Source: Squalus acanthias
Lineage: Eukaryota
Length of the DNA stretch: 64,000 nucleotides
Direction of reading: 5' to 3'
NCBI GenBank assembly: GCA_030390025.1
Contig: CM059431.1
Coordinates: forward strand, 120,530,001 to 120,594,000
Part shown: positions 52,065-64,000 of the stretch, one piece after another
Numbering within the stretch: the stretch's first letter is position 1
How the letters are laid out: the number at the start of each line of letters is the position of its first letter
Notes under the pieces: model-generated
Databases searched by the model: none
Told to the model about the DNA's origin: nothing
Seen by the model: only the letters and a program-made list of their open reading frames with translations
Program-made: the position numbers and the translations under genes

Positions 52065-53514
52065 GGAATATGGGCCTAGTCTCCTCAATCTCTCCTCAAA
52101 GGACAATCCCCCCATCCCAGGAATCAGCCTGGTGAACCTTCCTTAGGTAAGGAGACCAAAACTGTACACAGTACTCCAGGTGTGGTCTCAGCAAGGCCCT
52201 ATATAATTAAATTGAGGATGAAATTGAGACTAAAGATTGAATTTGGAGTTAGGATTAGATTCGGGATTACATTTAAGGGTGATTTAAATTCAGAGTTAGC
52301 CATGATTTTAGGGTAAGGTTGAGTTTAGGTTTAGGATGAACTTATTTCATTGAAGGGGAGCATTTACTTTGACAAGAAAGACTGCACAAGATGAATTTAC
52401 TGGAAGGAAGGGCTCTATTACATCGATTGATATATTGTGTGAAGCCAGTCTTAATGTTGCCCTGTTGACTTCAGTATTGTTGCTCTAACTCACCACGGGC
52501 CTTTGTTACTTGGGAGTCGAAGGTTATGGGCAGCACCATCCACTGCATGGCATGGTCAAAAGGGACATAAGCAATGATGTGGGCGATGGGTACCTCTTAA
52601 CAAATTCCACTTTAACCATGGCCTGCAATGATTTTACGGCCTTTTCAATACTCTTGGATAACTATTGCATTTAAGTAACTCTAACTATACCTTAAGCATT
52701 GCTTATGACAAGAGTGTGCCTGAAAGGCCACAGATCTCCATCTTGCTATCCATTTTAAATAGTTCATTACAATTAACTGAACATTCCTTTTATATCTATT
52801 GATTTCTTTTTGAACGTCGCTTGTTTTTCATTAAATGACTGTTGAAGCGATCATTTGCGAACTGCCTCAGTACAGTTACTGATGCTGATAGTGTAATAAA
52901 GTTGAATTCACGCACACAAGAATGGTATCACAGTGCTAATGTTACTGGGCTAGTAATACAGAGGCCTGGACTAATGATCCAGTGAGTTCAAATCCCACCA
53001 TGGCAGCTGGGGAATTTAAATTTAGTTAATTAAATATATCTGGAATAAAAAGCTAGAACCATGAAACTATCGGATTGTCGTAAAAACCCATCTGGTTCAC
53101 TAATGTCCTTTAGGGAAGGAAATCTACCGTCCTTACCTGATCTGGTCTATATGTGAGTCCAGACCCACAGCAATGTGGTTGATCTTAACTGCCCTCTGAA
53201 ATGGCCGAGCAAGCCACTCAGTTGTACCAAACCGCTACAAAACAAAACAATAATAAGAATAAAACCGGACGGACCACTCGGCACCGGCTACGGACATGAG
53301 AACAGCACACCCAGCCCAGTCGAACCTGCAAAGTCCTCCTCTGGGGACTTGAGCCAAATGTCCCACAGACTACTCAAGCAACAATAGTCATACTCACAGA
53401 ATCATGTCTTTCAGCCAATGTCTCAAACTCCCTGGTATGTCCAGGGGTGGCGGCACAGTGGTATACAGTCAGGGAGTCCTCAACATTGACTCCGCACCCC
53501 ATGAAGTCTCATGG

Positions 53515-53990
53515 ATGTCAACTGTGGCTCAGTTGGTAGCACTCTTGCTTCTGAGTCAGAAGGTTGTGGGTTTAAGCCACACTCCAGGGACTTGAGCACA
53601 TAAAGCTAGGCTGACACTCCAGTGCAGTGCTGAGGGAGTGCTGCACTGTTAGAGGTGCCGTCTTTCGGATGAGATGTTAAACCGAGGCCCCGTCTGCTCT
53701 CTCAGGTGGACGTAAAACTCCCATGGCACTATTTCGACGAAGAGCAGGGGGAGTTATCCCCGGTGTCCTGGCCAATATTTATCCCTCAACCAACAAAACA
53801 AAAACAGATTATCTGGTCGTTATCACATTGCTGTTTGTGGGACCTTGCTGTGCGCAAATTGGCTGCCGCATTTCCCACATTACAATAGTGACTCCGCTTC
53901 AAAAAGTAATTCAATGATTGTAAAGCGCTTTGAGACGTCCGGTGGTCGTGAAAGGCGCTATATAAATGCATGTCTTTCTTTCTTTCTTTC
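53515..53990 (+). mobile_element. tRNA-derived Deu-domain SINE (SacSINE1-like), full length, nested in the LINE
   Basis: A box TGGCTCAGTTGG; Deu core GAGGTGCCGTCTTTCGGATGAGA; (TTTC)n tail. Confidence 0.88.
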
Positions 53991-55317
53991 TATGACTTCA
54001 GGTCAAGCATGGGTAAGGAAACCTCCTGCTGATTACCACCTACCACCCTCCGTCAGTACTTCTCCATTTTGAACACCACTTGGAAGAAGCACTGAGAGGA
54101 GCAATGGCACAGAATGTACTCTGGGTGGGGGACTTCAATGTCCAATCACCAGGAGTGGCTCGGTAGCACCACTGCCGAGTCCTGAAGGACATAGCTGCCA
54201 GTCTGGCCCTGAGACAGGTGGTGAGAGAACCAACATGAGGGAACAAACTACTTGACCTCGTCCTCACCAGTTGCAGATGCATCTGTCCATGACAGTATTG
54301 GTAACAGTGACCACCGCACAGCCTTCTGGAGATGAAGTCCCGTCTTCACACATCGTGTTGTGTGGCACTACCACCGTGCTAAATGGGATAGGTTCAGAAC
54401 AGATCTATCAGCTCAAAACTGGGCATCCATGAGGTGCTGTGGGCCTTCAGCAGCAGCAGAACTGTATTCCACCACAATCTGTAACCTCATGGCCCAGTAT
54501 ATCTCTCACTCTACCATTACCATGAAGTCAGAGGACCAACCAAAGGTTCAGTAAGGAGTGTAGAAGAGCATGCCAGGAGCAGCACCAGACATACCTAAAA
54601 ATGAGGCCCCAACCTGGGGAAGCTGCAACACAGGACGACATGCATGCTAAAAAGCAGTAGCAGCATGCTGTAGACAGGGCAAAGTGATCTCACAATCAAT
54701 GGATCAGGTCAAAGCTCTGAAGTACTGCCATATCCAGTTGTGAATGGTGGTGGACCATTAAACAACTAACGGTAGGAGGAGGCTCCAAGAATATCCCCAT
54801 CCTCACTGATGGTGGAGCCCAGCACGTGAATGCAAAAGACAAGGCTGAAGCGTTTGCAACCATCTTCAGCCAGAAGTGCCGAGTGGATAATCCACATTGG
54901 CCTCCTCCTGAGGTCCCCACCATCACAGAAACCAGTCTTCAGCCAATTCGATTCACTCCACGTGATATCAAGAAACGGCTGAGCTTGCTGGATACAGCAA
55001 AGGCTATGGGCCCTGACAACATCCTGGCTGTCGGCTGAAGACTTGTGCTCCAGAACTAGCTGTGCTTCTAGCCAAGCTGTTCCAGTACAGCTACAACACT
55101 GGCATCTATCCGACAATGTGGAAAACTGCCCAGGTATGTCCTGTCCACAAAAAACAGGACAAATCCAATCCAGCCAATTACCGCCCCATCAATCTATTCT
55201 CAATCATCAGCAAAGTGATGAAAGGTGTCATCGACAGTGCTACCAAGCGATACTTACTCACCAATAACCTGAGAAGTCGCACAACACCAGGTTATAGTCC
55301 AACAGTTTTATTTGAAA

Positions 55318-55355
55318 TCACAAGCTTTCGGAGCTGCTGCTCCTTCGTCAGGTGA
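55318..55355 (-). ncRNA. Minimal type I hammerhead ribozyme, intact (inverted twin)
   Basis: Exact reverse complement of 55358-55395. Confidence 0.85.
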
Positions 55356-55357
55356 CT

Positions 55358-55395
55358 TCACCTGACGAAGGAGCAGCAGCTCCGAAAGCTTGTGA
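55358..55395 (+). ncRNA. Minimal type I hammerhead ribozyme, intact
   Basis: TCAC-CTGACGA-A-GGAGC-AGCA-GCTCC-GAAA-GC-TT-GTGA: stem I TCAC/GTGA, stem II GGAGC/GCTCC, palindromic AAGCTT. Confidence 0.85.
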
Positions 55396-57347
55396 TTTCA
55401 AATAAAACTGTTGGACTATAACCTGGTGTTGTGCGACTTCTCACTTTTGTCCACCCCAGTCCAACACCGGCATCTCCGCATCATGACCAATAACCTGCTC
55501 ACTGATGCCCAGTTTGGGTTCTGCCAAGACCACTCAGCTCCCGACCTCATCACAGCCTTGGTTCAAACATGGACAAAGGAGCTGAATTCCAGAGGTGAAG
55601 TGAAAGTGACTGCCCTTGATATCAAGGCAGCATTTGATCGCGTGTGGCATCAAGGAGCCCTAGTAAAACTGAAGTCAATGGGAATCGGGGGGAAACTCTC
55701 CACTGGCTGGAGTCATACCTAGCACAAAGGAAGAAGGTTGTGGTGGTTGGAGGTCAATCATCACAGCCCCAGGACATCACTGCAAGAGTTCCTCAGGGCA
55801 GTGTCCTGGGCCTAACCATCTTCAGCTGCTTCATCAATGACCTTCCCTCCAACATAAGGTCAGAAATGGGGATGTTCACTGATGACTGCACAGTGTTCAG
55901 TGCCATTCACAACTCCTCAGATCATGAAGTAGTCCATGCCCACATGCAACAAGACCTGGACGACGTTCAGGCTTGGGCTGATAAGTGGCAGGTAACATTC
56001 ACGCCACACAAGTGCCAGTCAATGACCATCTCTAACAAGCGAGAGTCTAACCACCACCCCTTGACATTCAATGGCATTACCATCGCCAAATCCACCACCA
56101 TCAACATCCTGGGGGGTCACCATTAACCAGAAACTTAACTGGACCAGCCACATAAATACTGTGGCAACAAGAGCAGGTCAGAGGCTAGGTATTCTACGAT
56201 GAGTGTCTCACCTCCTGACTCCCCAAAGCCTTTCCACCATCTACAAGGCACAAGTAAGGAGTGTGATGCAATACTCTCCACTTGCCTGGATGAGTGCAGC
56301 TCCAACAACACTCAAAAAGCTCGACACCATCCAGGACAAAGCAGCCTGCTTGATTGGCACTCCATCTGCCACCTTAAACATTCCCTCCCTCCACCACCAT
56401 GGCTGCAGTGTGTACCATCTACAAGATGCACTGCAGCAACTCGCCAAGGCTTCTTCGGCAGCACCTCCCAAACCTGCGACCTCTTCCACCTAGAAGGACA
56501 AGGGCAGCAGGCGCATGGGAACACCACCACCTCCAACTTCCCCTCCAAGTCACACACCATCCTGACTTGGAAGTATACCGCCGTTCCTTTATCTTTGCTG
56601 GGTCAAAATCCTGGAACTCCTTCCCTAACAGCACTGTGGGAGTACCTTCACTACAGGGACTGCAGCGGTTAAAGAAGGTGACTCACCACCTTCTCAAGGG
56701 CAATTAGGTATGGGCAATAAATGTTGACCTTGCCAGTGATGCCCACATCCCATGAACGAATAAAAAAAAAGTGAACAATGAGATCCAATCCATTTGGCTA
56801 ATATCTATGAGTAGATAGAGTATTATCAGTTTTGCCATTTAATTATTATCAGATCAAATACTGTATGAGGCGTTAGTGGTATCTTGAGTGGTATTCATTT
56901 TAATTCGTACTTTTGAGAAAAGTTTAATGCAATCAGTGGCTATTTCTGTGCACTGAAAATATCTAATTAGCCAATTATTATGGGGTAGAACCAATTAGCT
57001 GACATAACTTTAAATATTCTGAGTTTTCAAAATTCTGACATCACGTCTGCAATGAGTCACTGTTAGACCAAGCTTTATTAATGCTAACAGACTTAAGCAG
57101 AATGCGGATGGCATGCTAATGAGGCCTGGGCCTCAAAATGGCTCAGGCACCACGTTGGCACAAACTGGTGGCTGTGGCAGTCGCTCCATCAACTTAGCAC
57201 CTATTTTGTGCCCTACTTGCAACTTTCTGCAACTCCAGCAGCTTTATTAACTTCTTTCAAGGTTCGAAGGTAACGGAGTGTTGTTGCATGTGCAAAACGC
57301 CTTCATTGTTATTTACAGGCTTTTGCTCACAACACTTGCTCACAGTC

Positions 57348-58480
57348 ATGGGGGCTGTACTGGCAGTTCTGCCCTCGCTCGACTACCTTCGGGAGAGGGA
57401 GCGGAGGCAGCGAAGAAGAGGAGAAGATGCGCGCAGAGGGAGGAGGAGGGCTAGGATGACTCTCAACAGGAGGCCTTACCCACCTAGGGTCTTCCGAAAG
57501 CAGATCTGTGTTATCCACTTAAGTGAGGAGCAGTGTATTAGGAGGCTCTGCATCACCAGGGAGGTGGTCACAAAACTCTGCCACTTCCTGCAACCAGACC
57601 TGCAGCCTGAGAGCAGGGCAAACATGGCTCTTCCAGTGGCAGTCAAGTTCACCGTGGCCCTCAATTTCTTCACCAGTGGATCCTTCCAGTCTGCAGCAGG
57701 AGACATAGCTAACATCTCACAGTTCGCTGTCCATCGCTGCATCCGGGAGGTCACTGAGGCTCTCTACACCAGGAGAAGGGACTACGTTGTCGTCTCTCTG
57801 AACAGAGAGAAGCAGGACGAGCGCTCAGATAGCGGGCCTCCCCTTAGTGTCAGGTGCCATTGACTGCACCCACATGGCTCTGCAGGTGCTGTATAACAAT
57901 CCTGGGATCTTCCGTAACCACAAAGGCTACCACTCACTTAATGTGCAGTTGGTGTGTGACCACGCACAGCGAATCCTCAATGTCAATACCTGCTATGCTG
58001 GCAGCAGCCAGGATACCGTCATCCTGCGTCAGACCGGTGTGCCAGCACTCTTCCTCCCACCACAGCAAACTCGAGGGTGACTGCTCGGAGACAAGTGCTA
58101 TCCACTCTGCACCTGGCTCATGACTCCCCTCTGCAACCCCAACACTCGTGCCCAGCCCTCATATAATGAGAGCCATGCTGCCACCAGGAACATCATAGAG
58201 CAAACCATCGGGCTACTGAAGCAACGGTTCCGTTGCCTTGATCGCATGGGAGGGGCCCTCCAGTACACGCCGGAGCTGCGTTCTTCACTACTTGGCCATC
58301 TTGAGGGCACACCCCTTGCCAGCAGGGATTGTGGAACCACCTCAGGAGGAGGACGAGGGAGAGGAGGAGAAGGAGGAGGAGGAGGAACAAGAGGAAGAGG
58401 AGGGAGGTAGGATGCAGGCAGCCAATTCCCCTTCTGGACGTGCTGTCCGTGAATGCCTCATCAGACTCCGATTCCAATTA
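57348..58480 (+). pseudogene. PIF/Harbinger DDE transposase (HARBI1-like), frameshifted, with an internal stop
   Basis: [60 protein letters not shown] and [18 protein letters not shown]. Confidence 0.92.
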
Positions 58481-58655
58481 ATGAAATCCCAGATCCCTGT
58501 TGCTCACCACAACCCTATCATACCATCCCTCTGTCATGGAATATCAGTGTCCTCCTGGGCACAAAGCTGAAATGAGAGACACCACAAAAGATTCCAAACA
58601 AAATAAATAAATTTATGAAAAATCAATTCACACATATTTACATTAACAATATGAA

Positions 58656-59229
58656 CTAATCACCATTGTGCAATCCCTTAGTGCCTGTCGTTCGGGTGCC
58701 CTTTCCTGTCCTCGTGCTCCTACAAAGTGCTCCCCCAGTGGCTACAGCACGGCTGGCGGAAGGCTGCTGAGATTCCATGGGGGAGACTTTAGATGGTCTT
58801 GCAGGACAACCTCGAAGAGCTCTGACCCCAGAAGGCCCGGCTGCAGACTGCACCACCTCGGCATGGGCGGCAGCAGTCTGGGCTGGCTGGCTGACAGACG
58901 GCGGCAAGGCAATGGCAGAGTGGCAGTGATGGGAACAGGAATGTTGTCATCTTGAGAGAGGAGAGCACAGTCCTGCTCCACTGACTCACTGCCACTCCCC
59001 CGGGGCGGCGCCTCAGCATTCCTAGCAATCTGTTGGAGCACAGATTGCTGGGCTGCTGTGACCCCCTGGAAGCTCCGGTCGACAGTGGTAAATGCAGCCA
59101 CGATGGCAGCAGTCTGAACTTGGGTGGCAGCAAGCTGAGACTGCATGACAGCGGCTTGAGCATCGGTGGTATCAAGCTGAGACTGATGAGAGCAGTCTGT
59201 GCTTCCATTGTATCACTAAGACGGTGCAC
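58656..59229 (-). pseudogene. C-terminal exon of the convergent Harbinger partner gene (A/Q/S/P-rich)
   Basis: Open low-complexity frames converge on the transposase; AT-rich spacer with AATAAA at about 58600; cut at about 59230 by a SINE tail. Confidence 0.55.
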
Positions 59230-60968
59230 AAATTAGCTGCTGTGTTTGCCTACATAACAGCAATGACAACACTTCAAAAGTAATTAATTGTGGCCTGCTT
59301 TGGCAAGCCCTTAGGACAGGAAAGGTGCTATCTGAATTCATAGCCAAATTCATGAAACCCCTCACTTTTTATTACTAGGTTTACCATTTTGGGTGTGGCA
59401 ATATCAGTTAACAATTTATTTCTGGCTTACTCACAAATTTAGGGTTCTGATATATTAGAAATGTAGATCTTCATTCAAAGTCCTTCACTGAGGATGTTAA
59501 ATTCTGGGAAATGTCAAGATTTATTTATTACATTTGTGGCATATTTTCAGAAGAGGCAGAAAGAAATGTTCCCATTATTAATTATAATAGATCAATTATT
59601 ATTTAAAATATTGCCAGTACAATATTCCAAGTTGCAAATTAGTTACAATGGCTTTCGGTTCACAATTAATGTGATATTTCCCCCCCGCCTTCTGTAATCA
59701 GAGTGATCAGTCAGAGAGTATGAATTTTTGAAATGTATAAAGTGAATGAAAACATCACGGTTAATCAAGCGATTTAGCTTCACAGCAGGAGATGAAAGAG
59801 TAGCTTATAACACAATTTTAGTGCATTAACTATAACGTGTGAAGCTGGGAAATTCATTATTGTGCAAAAAATATATTTAGAAACTGCTTTGTCGTAACTT
59901 TTATTCCACACAGAATAGATAAGCTGTTGTAAAAGGGGACTCATGTCCACTGGTTTCGATTAAAACACAGGATTTTTTAGCAAAAAAGGATATGTTGTAA
60001 CGAATAAGTTTGAGACATTAATATTTAAACTAAGTTATTTAATACTTTTTGTCAAGTTTAGATTTCTATGTGCAGTGTATTCATACCTTCATACCGCTCT
60101 TCACATAGAAAAGTGAGATGACTGCACAGAGGACTTCTCTGCAGAAGTGTTTTATGTTGATCCATATAAGCTGACAGGCAATGACAATAGTGAGTTGCTG
60201 CCCCTTGACTATATATTTCCATCTCTCTCTCTCTCTCTCTATGTTCTCACCCTACCAAAAGATGCTTCTTTTACTGGTCTGCAGAAAATTGTCAAAAATG
60301 ACCTTCTGGAGACATCCACATTTAGATGTCAGTCATGGGTGAAAATGAAAGCTACATCCATCTCATGAGGATTTTACACTTTACTCCTGGAGACACCTGA
60401 GTTGTCCCGTTGTATTTTCATGCTTTTAAATCTCTTTCTTTGAAATAATTGTCACAATAGTCTCACCTTCTGACAGATGATTTTTCTTCCCTATGGGGAG
60501 AACAGAAAAAGGCCATGCTAAAACTTAGAAAATTGCAATGTGACAAAAATATCAAATGTCTGGGGTTCTTGGACCCTCTGTAGTATATATTAAGCAAGTT
60601 AACCTTACTTAAAAGTCCTTGAAGTGCTGAGGAATCTGATGTTCATGTTCATGACACTTCACAAACAAAACAATCTGTTTATACTGGGAGAAGAATTCTC
60701 TCCTGTTTCCCAAAGTTATTTGAGTGATACTTTAAGTTTGGTGCAATATCTCCTTCGCTATAACACCAAGTGCACTAAAAAACAACCAAATATAATTTTT
60801 TAAATCTTCTTTTTATTTCTATATTATGCTTCTTCAACAATGAAGTTGTTTCACTGGAGGAGGTGCTAGTTTTTTTATATCAACATTGAATGCTAGTCTC
60901 TTTCCTCATTCTAGGGTTTACAAACAATAATTAACCAATGGCATGGTTAGTTTTCATAGAAAGATAAT

Positions 60969-63828
60969 GGGGCAGAATTTTATCTCAGTTTAAGTCTAGA
61001 AACAGGGTGAGTGCGGGATCAAAACTGCATAAGAAACAGAACTGTTCTATTTTCATTGCGCAACTGCCTTTGCTATTGGGCTGCGACTCAGCACTCCCAC
61101 CGATTTTCAAGAGAGCAGATTGCAGGAGATTGTGATCTGACTGAAGCACCTGTTTTCCCAGGCTGTCCAAACCGGAGGAGATGGTGGAGCCTGCATAGCC
61201 CCAGTATGAGCCTCCCTGAGAAGATGCTACTACTGCAGCCACGAGTTCCTGCAAGACGGGCCCCAGCTGCGGCAAAACATGGGGAGAAACATGGGCGACT
61301 GCAATGTGTCAATGCCTTTCACCAGAATCTCACACAAGTTGGTAATGGGCTCCTCCACATTCTCTGACGTGATGTGGAAGCACCCTGGCACTCCAATCCA
61401 TTCAGCAATTGCTGGTGCAGAGACAGCATTTTTCGTTTAAAGGCTGGGCTCCTAATGTCTGCAGATCTGTCTTCAGCGACAGAGCTACGACATGAGTTTG
61501 CCCTTCAGTGAGCTGTGTCCCGGACTGTCCTTTCCATCTGCTCCTATGCATTTGTGCAGATGCCTCTAACTCATTATTCACGGTGTGCTGATTTCTGTGC
61601 TCGTGCTTGGAGGGGTGAAAGTGAGTGAAGAAGTATGTTTTGTGCTATGTTAAAATGTTTTTTAAACTATATGGGGATAATTTTAACCCGCCCCGCCTCC
61701 AGAATGGGCAGGACAGTGTTGGGGGGAAAGGGCTAAATTGTAAAAATGGGAAACCTGACCCCCCAACTCGCCGCAAACACACCTACTTCCGGTTTAACCC
61801 AGGCGACTTTGGGAGTCGGGCGAGCAACCTGCTCTTGAGAGGTGGGCCAGCAATTATAATATTTAAATGAGGCTCCGTGCCTCAGATTTTATCAGCAATT
61901 TGGATTTAATGGCTGCGGGCTGGGTTTCCCGGGGCTCGGGAAACCCGCGAGCTAAAGGGAGACGAGAACTGCCAGATCCAGCAGGTAAATGCTTTTCCAG
62001 CACTGCTTGTGGGCCAGGAGGAGCAGACTGAATCCCCCCGCTGGCACCCAAGCAAACCTGCCACGATCTGCCTTCCCCCGCGCTCGGCCGACCCGCCCGT
62101 GATCTCCGGAATCCCCCCCCATCCGCAAAATCTTCCCCCCGCCATCCGATCTCACTCCCACGCAATCTCCAGACACCCCCGCCATCTCTCCCTGCCTTCA
62201 TCCTCTCCGCCATGCTCTGAGCACTGACCCTCGATCTTCTTGATTGCCGAGGACCATCCCCAGTGGTTCCCCAGCTGCTGCCTTCAATCTGGCTGGTTGC
62301 CGGGTGGGAAACAAAGTATTTTTAATAAGGTAACACCCCCGTGTTCCCCAGCATTTCTGGGTTTCACAGTCGCAGACAGGCGCCCACACACCCTCCCCAC
62401 CACCCTGTAAGTATCAAGGCCTATTAGCCAGCTTAGTGTAGCATGCAGGATGAGAGGAAGAAGCAGCAAGTGTGGCCAAGAGGGGGAAGTAGTTGTGAGC
62501 GTCATGCAGGGCTGTGAATGGAAGTCTTACCTTGGCACTCCTGGTCAGATAATTACAATTTTCCTTGCACTACAGTCAGGCCTTTAGAATATTGATTTTG
62601 GTATAAACAGACTCTGCTACCTCTCTCCATTCCTGCCGAATATTGTCTCTCAGCACCCATCAGTCATTGAAGGGGAGGAGGACCTTCATCCTCCTACTCA
62701 CTTGGTCAATGAGCACCTCCTCCTGCATCTGTGAATTAATGGGTCCCGATCAAAGTCATCCAACCTGCATTCACCACAAACTCCATTCCCTAGCCACCAA
62801 CTCCATCCCTCTACGTGTCTGTGACTGAACCAGACTGTTCGCAACCGTGGCATCCTAATTGACTCTGAGCTGAGCTTCCAACCCCATTTTCTTTTCTCCA
62901 CCATTGATAGCAGTGCCTTCAGCTGCCTAGGCCCTAAGCTCTGTAATTCCCTCCCTAAAGCTCTCCGCCTTGCTACCTCTCTCTCCTCCTTAAAGAAGCT
63001 CCCGAAAACTAACCTACATTGGCTCCCGGATAAGCAGTGCCTCAATTTCAAAATTCTCATCCTTGTTTTCAAATCCCTCCATGGCCTCGCCTCTTCCTAT
63101 CTCTGTAATCTCCTTCAGCCCCGCAACCTCACAAAATATCTGTGCTCCTCTAATTCTGCCCTCTTGAGGATCCCTGATTATAATCACTCAACCTTTGGTG
63201 GCCGTGCCTTCTGTTGTCTAAGCCCTAAGCTCTGGAATTTCCTGCCTAAACCTGTCCGCCTCGCTACCTCTCTTTCCTCCTTTAAGACGCTCCTTAAAGC
63301 CTACCTCTTTGACCGAGCTTTTGGTCACTTGCCCTAATTTATCCTTATGTGGATCGGTGTCAAAAAAATGTTTTTGTCTTAAAATACTCCTGTGCAGCGC
63401 CTTGAGATGTTTTACTACGTTAAAGGCGCTATATAAATTGTTGTTGTTGTTGTTTAATGTTGTAAGGTTTTGGTCACATGTCCTACTATCTCCTTATGTG
63501 GCTCGACATCATATTTTGTCTCATTATTTTCCCTGGGACGTTTTACTACATTAAGGGTGTGATTTAATTGCAAGATGTTGTTCTTGCTGTTGTTCCACTA
63601 TGTCACTGTCCACTCTCCTTTAAGGTGCTGCAGGCTGAACTTAAATAACGGCCACCCCACCAAATTTCCTGCCCTCCCAATTGGCAAGCTGCCTATAGGG
63701 TGCGCGGTTTGCATGTCGCCGATTTAATTTGAATTAAGCCTGACCCCAGAAATGGCACAGGTCCCATGCCTTCAGGCAGCTGGAGCCCACCACACACCCA
63801 ATGAACGTGGATTATGAAAATCACCTCC
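60969..63828. mobile_element. Probable old Harbinger element containing a GC-rich MITE (about 61673-62421) and L2 fragments
   Basis: Degenerate TIRs GGGGCAGAATTTT / AAAATCACCTCC with AAT on both flanks. Confidence 0.4.
62690..63595 (+). mobile_element. Cluster of L2-type LINE 3' fragments with (TTG)n tails
   Basis: 63010-63455 closely matches 3585-4024; further partial 3' ends at 62905-63010 and 63460-63595. Confidence 0.8.
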
Positions 63829-64000
63829 AATGATTGGTGCTTCAAGCTTAAAATAAATATCGTAAATAAAGCTGTGGTTTTGGTTTTAAAATGTTCTACC
63901 CATGCTGCACAACAAAAAATATTATGCTGATAATATTCTGATAAACGTTTTCGGGGTATTTGTTGTTGAGTGACATAAATACAACTTTAAATAAAAATAG

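Larger units (their letters stand above)
43033..52205 (-). mobile_element. CR1 3' fragment in three pieces (43033-43384, 44850-44902, 52065-52205); outermost member of a nested stack
   Basis: The pieces join into a continuous CR1 RT C-terminus and 3' UTR once the inserts are removed. Confidence 0.8.
55270..55485. mobile_element. Minimal Penelope-like insertion: perfect 86-bp inverted repeat plus 42-nt tail
   Basis: Arms 55270-55355 and 55358-55443 are exact reverse complements; TSD ACCAATAACCTG (55260-55271, 55486-55497); homologous to the terminus of 12191-13384. Confidence 0.92.
52923..56770 (+). mobile_element. Near full-length single-ORF non-LTR retrotransposon (APE + RT) with tRNA-like 5' head, decayed
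   Basis: B box GAGTTCAAATCC at 52984-52995; APE motifs ILTES, WVGDFNV, LDLVLT and SDH; RT motifs NYRPINL, ALDIKAAFDRVWH, PQGSVLG and FTDD; poly-A at 56762-56770. Confidence 0.85.

Noticed and set aside
57288..58480. Host HARBI1 gene
   Set aside because: Frameshifts, an internal stop and transposon context indicate a dead transposase copy.

Overview
Eukaryotic, repeat-saturated DNA, most likely from a cartilaginous fish. This is inferred from HE1-like V-SINEs, SacSINE1/Deu-domain SINEs and HER1/CR1-type LINEs. I found no intact host protein-coding gene. Nearly all long ORFs belong to CR1 LINE ORF2 (APE endonuclease plus RT), a second single-ORF LINE family, L2 3' fragments, PIF/Harbinger DNA transposons (transposase, Myb/SANT partner and many MITEs with 3-bp TSDs) or Penelope-like elements. 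Most notable: (1) two Penelope-like insertions built as inverted repeats, with a minimal hammerhead ribozyme in each arm; one is a perfect 86-bp-arm palindrome with a 12-bp TSD; (2) independent Harbinger insertions share a target consensus (..NWN RTGT..), and two hit the same codon of different CR1 copies; (3) a LINE whose 5' end is a tRNA-like pol III head running into the endonuclease with no ORF1; (4) a possible decayed multi-exon host gene on the minus strand at about 10-20 kb, broken by TE insertions; (5) a four-level nest of insertions at 43-52 kb. Family names come from my recall of motifs, not from database searches.
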